Both the position numbers and the translations under genes were made by a program. The notes beneath the pieces were generated by a model that worked only from the letters and a program-made list of their open reading frames with translations, made no database searches and was not told where the DNA came from. 64,000 bases of DNA. Source: an uncultured Bacteroidota bacterium (lineage in GTDB: Bacteria > Bacteroidota > Bacteroidia > Flavobacteriales > Flavobacteriaceae). The stretch lies in assembly GCA_902518355.1 (NCBI GenBank), contig CABYFY010000003.1:73502-137501 (forward strand). Direction: 5' to 3'. Shown here one piece after another: positions 56,903-64,000 of this stretch. The first letter of the stretch is position 1. Each line of letters starts with the position of its first letter.

Positions 56903-57434
56903 AACTGTAATTCAGATTTACTACTACATTTTCATCAATTTTCTTAAATACCAATCTTGGTATTTTTATTTTGTAGTCGCTCAGTTTAATATTAAAACTT
57001 GTATTCAAATCAATTCCATAAACAGTTTTTTTTATCTTGGCAACTGTCGTTATATTTTTTTTTACTCCCTTTATTTCAATTTCGCCTTCTATAATAAAGT
57101 TAGTATAATTATTTTCAAGTTTCTCGAAATTAAAATTTTGAATTACCCCTTCAAAGGTTGATTTGGGAAATTTACTACTATACATATAATTTTCATTAAA
57201 GTGTTCTTGCATCAAACCTAGTCTGAATTCAAAATCTTTTATATATATCAAAGCAGCTATATTTCCATTTTCAGTATCTATAATTGAAACACTATTATTG
57301 TTTATAGCCTTTATCGGTTCAAAACTTTCTTTTGACCCATCAAATATAGTTTCACCCTTATTTGTATATAGTTGCTGGGAAGAAATTTTTGATGAGCAAA
57401 AAATTAAAGCAATAATTAAAATCAGTCTTTTCAT
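56889..57434 (-). CDS. YceI-like (polyisoprenoid-binding lipocalin-fold) periplasmic protein
   Basis: Signal peptide. The FEFRLGLMQEHFNENYMYSSKFPKSTFEG block is typical of YceI-like domains. Confidence 0.8.
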   Translation of the reverse strand: MKRLILIIALIFCSSKISSQQLYTNKGETIFDGSKESFEPIKAINNNSVSIIDTENGNIAALIYIKDFEFRLGLMQEHFNENYMYSSKFPKSTFEGVIQNFNFEKLENNYTNFIIEGEIEIKGVKKNITTVAKIKKTVYGIDLNTSFNIKLSDYKIKIPRLVFKKIDENVVVNLNYSYEKK

Positions 57435-57535
57435 TATAGTTCAAATTTTTTTGAAAATAGGAAATTTTATTTGCAGTATAAAATTCCAAATACTATACCA
57501 AAAAATTAATACTTTCGTTGTTTGATTTTAAATTT

Positions 57536-58534
57536 ATGAAAAAGGTATTTGTAAGTGGTGGTTCTGGATACATAGCAACGTATTGCATAAAAATTTTGAT
57601 TAATAAAGGATATCACATAGTAACTTCTGTTAGAGAAAGTAAACAAATCGAACTTGTAAAAAACTCCTTAGCTAAACATGGAATTAGTTTTGAGAATATC
57701 GAATTTAAAATTTTAAATCTTCTTAGTGATGATGGTTGGATGGATGCATTAAAGGGCTGTGAGTATGTTTTACATTTAGCATCCCCTGTTATCCCGGGTA
57801 AGGTTGATGAGGATCTTCTTGTTAAGCCTGCTGTCGAAGGGATGGAAAGGTGTTTAAATGCTGCAATCAAAAACGGAGCTAAAAAGTTTGTACAAACATC
57901 ATCTTATGCTGCAATTTACGGAAGAAAAAAACATAATAACGAGCATAGTGATAATGATTGGACAGATTTATCAAACGAGAAGATAATGCCTTATGAGATA
58001 AGTAAAACTAAGGCTGAAAAAAAAATGTGGGAAATGGCTAAGAAAGCTGATTTAGACGCTTGTGCAATTAACCCTGTATTAGTCTTGGGACCATCAATGA
58101 CCGGTGTTTTAAGTATGTCAAACAGAGTAACGATTAAAAAGATATTTAGCCTACCATTTATTCCTGATTTGAGTATAAGTGTTGTTGGTGTACAAGATGT
58201 AGCAGAAGCACATGTTATGGCTATGGAAGATAACAATGCAACAGGAAATAGGTTTTTGCTTTCGGAAAAAACAATCAAATTAAAAGAGTTGTGTGATATT
58301 CTTTTCAAGGCTGGATATAAAAAAGTTCCTAGATTCCATATACCAAATTTTTTATTAAAACTTGTTGCCATATTTATACCATCTTTGAGACTAATTGCAA
58401 GTAGACTTGGATCTGTTGAGACATTACATACAAAAAATGCTAATAATATTCTCGGGTGGTATCCAAAAAGTGTTGACTCTGAGATTGTAAACTCAGCTAA
58501 ACAGCTTTATGATGTTGGTATATTAAAAAAATAA
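57536..58534 (+). CDS. NAD(P)-dependent SDR, dihydroflavonol-reductase-like aldehyde reductase/epimerase family
   Basis: VSGGSGYIATY Rossmann motif and YEISK (YxxxK) catalytic motif. ATG 57536 is preferred over TTG 57518. Confidence 0.85.
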   Translation: MKKVFVSGGSGYIATYCIKILINKGYHIVTSVRESKQIELVKNSLAKHGISFENIEFKILNLLSDDGWMDALKGCEYVLHLASPVIPGKVDEDLLVKPAVEGMERCLNAAIKNGAKKFVQTSSYAAIYGRKKHNNEHSDNDWTDLSNEKIMPYEISKTKAEKKMWEMAKKADLDACAINPVLVLGPSMTGVLSMSNRVTIKKIFSLPFIPDLSISVVGVQDVAEAHVMAMEDNNATGNRFLLSEKTIKLKELCDILFKAGYKKVPRFHIPNFLLKLVAIFIPSLRLIASRLGSVETLHTKNANNILGWYPKSVDSEIVNSAKQLYDVGILKK

Positions 58535-58592
58535 CTATCTTTGTGATGTGTTGAACTTGTATTAATTTACAAGAGGTTTTTAAACCAATGAA

Positions 58593-58620
58593 AGCTTTCC
58601 TTTTGGGAGGCTTTTTTATT
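58593..58620 (+). terminator. rho-independent terminator after the SDR gene
   Basis: AGCTTTCC-TTTT-GGGAGGCT followed by a T-tract. The stem contains two G-U pairs. Confidence 0.5.
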
Positions 58621-58629
58621 TTGTTATAT

Positions 58630-58643
58630 CGAAAACGTTTTCG
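58630..58643. promoter_or_regulatory. 14-bp perfect palindrome CGAAAACGTTTTCG (candidate LacI-type operator)
   Basis: Read directly, 176 nt upstream of the SusC-like ATG. It has the central CG and AAAC/GTTT half-sites seen in many LacI-family operators. Confidence 0.4.
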
Positions 58644-58690
58644 TTAAATATTATTTTAACATTATTAAATTTTTAAGAAATCGTTTTTTT

Positions 58691-58737
58691 TATTGAATTA
58701 TTAATAATGAGTAGTAATAATCTCTAATAATTCAATA
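58691..58737. repeat. 13-bp perfect inverted repeat TATTGAATTATTA ... TAATAATTCAATA (21-nt spacer)
   Basis: Read directly. It lies 82-128 nt upstream of the SusC-like ATG. Confidence 0.6.
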
Positions 58738-58818
58738 ATCTATATCTCTTTTTTAATTTTTTTTAAAAAAATAAATGGACAAATTATTAAATTCAAACTC
58801 AAATAAATTAAACTAAAT

Positions 58819-61800
58819 ATGAGAAAATCAATATTAAACTTTTTTATTGCTTTTATTTCTGTTTGTACAGTTTTACAAGCGCAGAGCATTTCTGGTTCTG
58901 TTACTGATTCAGAGGATGGTGAACCACTAGCGGGTGTCAACATCGTTGTTCAAGGACAAAATCAAGGAGCAGTTTCTGATTTTGACGGTAATTTTACTAT
59001 AGCAAATTTTGAATCTGGCTCAACTTTAGTTTTTAGCTATGTTGGCTATAAAACTTTGAACTTAAAAATTTCTTCAACTGATGTACTCTCTGATAATATT
59101 TCCGTATCGATGGATAAAGATCTTAGTGAATTAGACGAAGTAATTGTAATTGGTTACGGATCTCAAAAATTGAGTGATATTTCTGGAGCAGTTTCCACTG
59201 TAAATGCAGATGCAATTGAGGCTTCTTCGCCGGTAAGAGTTGAGGATGCATTACAAGGTCAAGCATCTGGAATAAATATTATTTCAAGTGGTTCACCTGG
59301 ATCTAAACCTACTGTTTTAATTAGAGGTATTACTTCTTACGCTGGAAATGACCCACTTGTAGTAATTGACGGAATTTCTGCTTCTATAGATGATTTAAAT
59401 TCACTAAACCCAAATGATGTTAAATCCGTAAATGTGTTAAAAGATGCTGCTTTAGCTTCAATTTATGGGGTAAAAGGTGGAAGTGGAGTTATTGTAATTA
59501 CCACAAAATCGGGTGAAAGAAATTCTGAGACTAAATTCACCTTAAGTACATCAATTGGTACTCAAGAAGTAGTAAGAACTATTGATGTTCTGAACGCAAG
59601 TGAATATGCTGCAATTCTCAACGAGGCAAGTGTAAACGCTGGTGAAGGAATTGTTTTTCCAAATATTTCTGATTTTGGAGTTGGTACAAATTGGCAAGAT
59701 GAAGTTCTGGTGGATGCTCCAATAGTTAATCATTCTATCACAGCATCAGGAGGTAGTGAAAATACTTCTTATTATGTTTCTGCAGGATACACTGGTCAAG
59801 ACGGTGTAATTGCTGGAGGAGAAAAATCATTTTTCAACAGAACAAATTTCACAACAAATATCAATACTGATTTATCTGAAAAAACTAAACTTTTAATAAA
59901 TACCAACTATTCAAACATAAAAGGTAAAAGTTTAGCTGAAAACGGAATAACAAGTGTATTATCAAATGCATTAAATTTTGATCCTACTGTAAGTCCATAT
60001 GAAAATGGTACATTCGGATTAAGTGAAACAATTACTCAAGAAATTGTTAATCCGCTGGCTCAAATTGATAATACTTATAATGAAAATAAAGTTGATAAGA
60101 TTCAGGGTAAAATTGAACTTCAACATGAGCTAACGGAAAATCTTAATATTACCTCTAGATTTGGATACACATATGTTAATATATATGACAAAGGCTTTAT
60201 TCCTTTTCAATTTTATGGAACAGGACATAACCAAACAAATGCTAATCCAGATTTAAGCCCTATAGTTACTGTTGATAGTGAGGGAAATATTACTTCAACT
60301 CACAATAGAGTATTTGAAGGAAACACTAATTTCTTTAACTATACATATGAGCTTTATGGAAATTATGATTTTACAATTGATGAAATACATAATTTTCAAA
60401 CCGTAGCTGGTTTTTCAATTGGTGAAGGTAAAGGAGGTAATATTTCAGCAACTAACGAAGATGTTCCGTTCAACTCATGGGATTATGCTGATGTAAGTGC
60501 TGCTACTGGAAATGCTACGCAGCAAACATCAAGCTCATGGCAATATGTTAATAGAAACTTATCTTATTTTGGAAGAATTTTATATGACTACGATGAAAAA
60601 TACTATGCTTCTTTTACAGGAAGAGTTGATGGTAGTACGTCTTTTGGAAAAAACAATAAATTTGGATTTTTTCCATCTGCATCTTTTGGATGGGTTATTT
60701 CAAAAGAAGACTTTTTTGACGAAGTTCCTGTTTTAGATTATCTAAAATTTAGAGCAAGTTATGGTACTTTAGGAAATGACAATATTAACCCTCAATTTTC
60801 TCTAATTTCAACATTCCCTAGTTATGTATTTAATGGTACTATTACACCTGGTTCTTCTTTAGGATCGATTCCTAACGACGATGTCTCTTGGGAAAATCAA
60901 GTACAGATGAATGTTGGTATTGATACAAGAATATTCAACGATAAGGTTTCACTTTCAGTTGACTATTTTAAAAAGACAGTTGATGACTTATTATTTAGTC
61001 CAAATCTTTCCTTATATCTTGGTGTTCCTTCATATCCAACAACTAATATTGGAAGTACTGAAAGCACTGGAATTGATGCTACAATTTCATTGAACACGTC
61101 TGTAGGAGATTTATCAATATCATCTGATTTAAATTTCACAACAGCGGAGAATGAAGTTATTTCAATAAATAACGGAGATAAATACATTTGGGGAGCAGGA
61201 TATGGTATTCCTTATAGAAATATTGTGAGATTTGAAGAAGGATTCTCACCTGGTTATTTCTTTGGTTATGTAACTGACGGTATTTTCCAAACTCAAGATG
61301 AGGTTAATAATCACGCAACTCAAAATGGAGCAGTTCCTGGAGATATTAGATTTGTTGATATAAATGGTGACGGAATTGTAAATGACTCTGATAGAACACA
61401 AATTGGTGATCCATTTCCAGATTTTACAATCGGATGGAACTTAAATTTAGATTACAAAGCATTTGATTTGAGTGTGTTTACTTATGCTTCAGTTGGAAAT
61501 GATATTTATAGAGCTTATGAAAGAAATCTAAATTACACCAACAGATTTGCTTCAACTCTAGCAAGATGGACTGGTCCTGGAACTAGTTTTGATGAACCAA
61601 GGGTAACATTTGTTGATTCAAATAATAACAACAGAGCGTCTGATAGATATGTTGAAGATGGTAGTTATTTAAGAATCAAAAATATTCAGCTTGGTTATTC
61701 ATTCCCAGATTCATTAACAGAAGTGTGGGGATTTAATGAAGTCAGAGCTTATGTTCAGATTAAGAATGCATTGACACTAACAGATTATTCTGGATATGAT

Positions 61801-61899
61801 CCTGAAATTTCAGTTGGTGGTGTTCTAAATACTGGTATTGACTATGGAACTTACCCACAGCCAAGAATTTGGTCAATGGGTGTAAATATTAAATTTTAA
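58819..61899 (+). CDS. SusC/RagA-family TonB-linked outer-membrane transporter
   Basis: 1026 aa. Carboxypeptidase-regulatory-like domain (ISGSVTDSEDGEPLAGVNIVV), plug (VIGYGSQK, LQGQASGINI, IRGITS), and a barrel ending NIKF. Confidence 0.95.
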   Translation: MRKSILNFFIAFISVCTVLQAQSISGSVTDSEDGEPLAGVNIVVQGQNQGAVSDFDGNFTIANFESGSTLVFSYVGYKTLNLKISSTDVLSDNISVSMDKDLSELDEVIVIGYGSQKLSDISGAVSTVNADAIEASSPVRVEDALQGQASGINIISSGSPGSKPTVLIRGITSYAGNDPLVVIDGISASIDDLNSLNPNDVKSVNVLKDAALASIYGVKGGSGVIVITTKSGERNSETKFTLSTSIGTQEVVRTIDVLNASEYAAILNEASVNAGEGIVFPNISDFGVGTNWQDEVLVDAPIVNHSITASGGSENTSYYVSAGYTGQDGVIAGGEKSFFNRTNFTTNINTDLSEKTKLLINTNYSNIKGKSLAENGITSVLSNALNFDPTVSPYENGTFGLSETITQEIVNPLAQIDNTYNENKVDKIQGKIELQHELTENLNITSRFGYTYVNIYDKGFIPFQFYGTGHNQTNANPDLSPIVTVDSEGNITSTHNRVFEGNTNFFNYTYELYGNYDFTIDEIHNFQTVAGFSIGEGKGGNISATNEDVPFNSWDYADVSAATGNATQQTSSSWQYVNRNLSYFGRILYDYDEKYYASFTGRVDGSTSFGKNNKFGFFPSASFGWVISKEDFFDEVPVLDYLKFRASYGTLGNDNINPQFSLISTFPSYVFNGTITPGSSLGSIPNDDVSWENQVQMNVGIDTRIFNDKVSLSVDYFKKTVDDLLFSPNLSLYLGVPSYPTTNIGSTESTGIDATISLNTSVGDLSISSDLNFTTAENEVISINNGDKYIWGAGYGIPYRNIVRFEEGFSPGYFFGYVTDGIFQTQDEVNNHATQNGAVPGDIRFVDINGDGIVNDSDRTQIGDPFPDFTIGWNLNLDYKAFDLSVFTYASVGNDIYRAYERNLNYTNRFASTLARWTGPGTSFDEPRVTFVDSNNNNRASDRYVEDGSYLRIKNIQLGYSFPDSLTEVWGFNEVRAYVQIKNALTLTDYSGYDPEISVGGVLNTGIDYGTYPQPRIWSMGVNIKF

Positions 61900-61910
61900 T
61901 ATAAAACATT

Positions 61911-63371
61911 ATGAAAAATTTTAAAACAATATTATTACTGATTTTAGTTACTTCAGTTTTAAATAGATGTACTGATCACGTTGATTATGAAGCGATTGAA
62001 GGTTATCAAATTACTTCTGAAATATATTTTCAACAGGAAGCTGATTATGATGCTGCATTAGTAGGAACATATGACGTTCTCCAATGGTTATTCTTTAATA
62101 TTCAATTAGGTGCGATAGCATCTGAAATTTCTCTATGTGGTGGTGAAAGTGCTACCGACTACATTGGAATTCAGCAAATTGATGATATGACACATTACCC
62201 AGAGAACAATGTTCTGAGACAGGTATGGCAATTTTTATATGAGGGGGTAAATAGAGCTAACTACATGGAGGAGAATAAAGCCAATATCGATTTTGACGGA
62301 AAAGAATCTATGTACGGTGAGGTTTATTTCCTTAGAGCATATTATTATTTCGAATTAGTTAAATTTTTCGGAGATGTACCTTTATTCACAGAAGCAAGGC
62401 TTACTGCTGGAGAAGCTGGAACTCTAACTAGAACTCCAAAGGAAGAAGTTTATGCGCAAATCGAATTAGATTTACAGAATGCAATTGCCTCATTACCTGA
62501 TTCACAATCTCAGGTAGGTAGAGTTAATAAATATACAGCTTATGCACTACTAGGTAAGGTACTTCTTTACCAAGATAAATTTGCTGAGGCAGCATCGGCA
62601 CTTGATAATGTTATCGGAGTTTATTCTCTTGTTTCAGATTATGGTAGTCAGTTTTTGAGATTTGGTGAAAATGGACCAGAATCAGTCTTCGAAATTCAAT
62701 ATTCAAATCAATCTAATTGGTATGATTGGGGTTGTGCTCACTGTAGTGAAGGAAACTATGCTATAATTATGAACGGCCCAAGAGGGTGGAGTGGTCCTGA
62801 ATATGCTCAAGGATGGAGTTTCAATGTGCCAACGGCTGAATTCTATAATTCGTTTGAAGAGGGTGACACAAGAAGAGATGCTACAATTTTAGACATTGAA
62901 GCATTTGCTGCAGCAACTGGTGCTAATTACACTGAGGGATATGATCACACAGGATACTTTAATAATAAGTATATTCCAAGAGCTGGAGAATCTGGTGGTC
63001 AAACTGAGCTAAATTATCTTACTAATTTCAGAATTATTAGATACTCTGATGTATTATTAATGGCTGCCGAAGCTTACAATAGAGGTGGTCTTGATGATGG
63101 GCTTGCTCAAGAATTTTTGAATCAAGTTAGAAGAAGAGCATTTGGAGATGATGATCATGATATTTCTGCTTCAGGTACTGCGCTTACTGATGCAATTTGG
63201 GAGGAAAGAAAATTCGAACTTTCTTTAGAAGGTCATAGATTTTTTGACTTGGTAAGAACTGGTCGTGCATCTTCACTGATTGCTGGATTTGTTGAGGGAA
63301 AACATGAAGTATTCCCAATTCCACAACAGGAAGTTGACATTTCTGGATTAACACAAAACGCAGGATATTAA
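61911..63371 (+). CDS. SusD/RagB-family nutrient-binding outer-membrane lipoprotein
   Basis: 486 aa. Lipobox-type signal (LNRC) and TPR-like SusD blocks (YFLRAYYYFELVKFFGDVPL, FELSLEGHRFFDLVR). Immediately downstream of the SusC-like gene. Confidence 0.93.
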   Translation: MKNFKTILLLILVTSVLNRCTDHVDYEAIEGYQITSEIYFQQEADYDAALVGTYDVLQWLFFNIQLGAIASEISLCGGESATDYIGIQQIDDMTHYPENNVLRQVWQFLYEGVNRANYMEENKANIDFDGKESMYGEVYFLRAYYYFELVKFFGDVPLFTEARLTAGEAGTLTRTPKEEVYAQIELDLQNAIASLPDSQSQVGRVNKYTAYALLGKVLLYQDKFAEAASALDNVIGVYSLVSDYGSQFLRFGENGPESVFEIQYSNQSNWYDWGCAHCSEGNYAIIMNGPRGWSGPEYAQGWSFNVPTAEFYNSFEEGDTRRDATILDIEAFAAATGANYTEGYDHTGYFNNKYIPRAGESGGQTELNYLTNFRIIRYSDVLLMAAEAYNRGGLDDGLAQEFLNQVRRRAFGDDDHDISASGTALTDAIWEERKFELSLEGHRFFDLVRTGRASSLIAGFVEGKHEVFPIPQQEVDISGLTQNAGY

Positions 63372-63387
63372 ACTAACAACAATAAAT

Positions 63388-64000
63388 ATGAGAATTTTAA
63401 GAAATTTTTTAGGATTATTTTTATTAACCGCTTTTATCTTTAGCTGTGTTGATGAAAATGAAAGTAACGCTGATTTTGTTGGTACGATCTCAGAGCCAAC
63501 TAATATATCAGCTCTAGTTAGTATTACTCAAGACAATACAGGACTGGTTACTATAACTCCAACAGGTGAGGGTGTTGTTACCTTCAATGTTGATTATGGT
63601 GATGGTTCAGACATTTCAGGGTCAATTAACCCTGGTAACAGTACTGAGCATTTTTACTCAGAAGGTACATATGAAGCAACAATAATTGGAACTGCACTTG
63701 ATGGTTCAACTGCACAGGCTACAGTAACTGTTGTAGTTTCCTTTATTGCTCCGCAGAACTTAGTTGTAGATATACTAACCTCATCAGGTTCATATAATAT
63801 TTTAGTTTCTGCATCAGCTGACTACGCCACATCTTTTGAAGTTTTATTCGGAGATGAAGCAGGAGGCGATGCAACTCCAATGCAAATTGGAGAGCAGCTT
63901 TCACATTCATATGAATTAGCTGGTACATATTATGTAACAGTTACTGCCTTAAGTGGTGGTGCTGCAACTACTCAATACTCTGAGGAAATTACAATCACAG
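63388..64000 (+). CDS. PKD-repeat surface lipoprotein (SusE/F-position glycan-binding candidate), 3' end beyond the window
   Basis: Translated by hand; it is absent from the ORF track because no stop is reached. MRILRNFLGLFLLTAFIFSC lipobox, then two PKD-like units (FNVDYGDGSD..HFYSEGTYEATI and FEVLFGDEAGGD..HSYELAGTYYVTV). Confidence 0.8.
   Translation, partial: MRILRNFLGLFLLTAFIFSCVDENESNADFVGTISEPTNISALVSITQDNTGLVTITPTGEGVVTFNVDYGDGSDISGSINPGNSTEHFYSEGTYEATIIGTALDGSTAQATVTVVVSFIAPQNLVVDILTSSGSYNILVSASADYATSFEVLFGDEAGGDATPMQIGEQLSHSYELAGTYYVTVTALSGGAATTQYSEEITIT

Noticed and set aside
57991-58371. 126-aa and 85-aa antisense ORFs within the SDR gene, and similar antisense ORFs within leuS, dnaE, the acyl-CoA dehydrogenase gene, uppP and susC.
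   Set aside because: All are embedded opposite well-supported genes and lack motifs. They are consistent with chance open frames.
53596-58534. Looked for an integrase, transposase, phage or conjugation genes downstream of tRNA-Asp that would define a conventional genomic island.
   Set aside because: None of the ORFs up to the SusC gene shows recombinase motifs (no R..HxxR..Y tyrosine-recombinase pattern, no DDE, no serine-recombinase N-terminus). Only the short 21-bp repeat evidence remains.

Overview
All calls come from reading the ORF translations and the raw sequence; no database search was run. The window is a densely packed, AT-rich (about 30% GC by eye) chromosomal segment. It most likely comes from a marine-type member of the Flavobacteriia (Bacteroidota). 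Supporting signs are T9SS type A and type B C-terminal sorting domains, a PorP/SprF gene, a SusC/SusD pair, recurrent TAnnTTTG (-7) promoter motifs, and Bacteroidota-typical gene neighbourhoods.

About 57 protein genes and one tRNA are supported. Most are housekeeping:
- greA, HIT family protein
- truB, uppP, ftsX
- leuS, tyrS, trmB
- pckA, pyrC
- Mrp/NifU/FNR
- rpsP-rimM
- dnaE with a fused proofreading exonuclease, and trxA

Envelope and uptake modules are interspersed among them:
- pnuC with a kinase-only NadR homologue.
- A putative zinc-starvation cluster: a His/Cys-rich small protein, an acidic lipoprotein, a TonB-dependent receptor and a COG0523 GTPase.
- A TPP riboswitch in front of a second TonB-dependent receptor.
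- A 2606-aa repeat-rich adhesin with a T9SS type B sorting domain, followed by its PorP/SprF partner.
- The start of a SusC/SusD/PKD-lipoprotein polysaccharide utilisation locus.

The least ordinary stretch is 53.5-57.5 kb:
- tRNA-Asp is followed by a 21-bp exact copy of its own 3' end about 760 bp downstream. The two copies bracket a single DsrE/TusD-like ORF, which is itself flanked by a 14-bp perfect inverted repeat. No integrase is present.
- Next to it lies a translationally coupled operon: YceI-like protein, small outer-membrane beta-barrel, and a Tat-signal Rieske [2Fe-2S] lipoprotein. I cannot assign this operon to any described system.

No CRISPR array, rRNA gene, transposase or prophage was seen.
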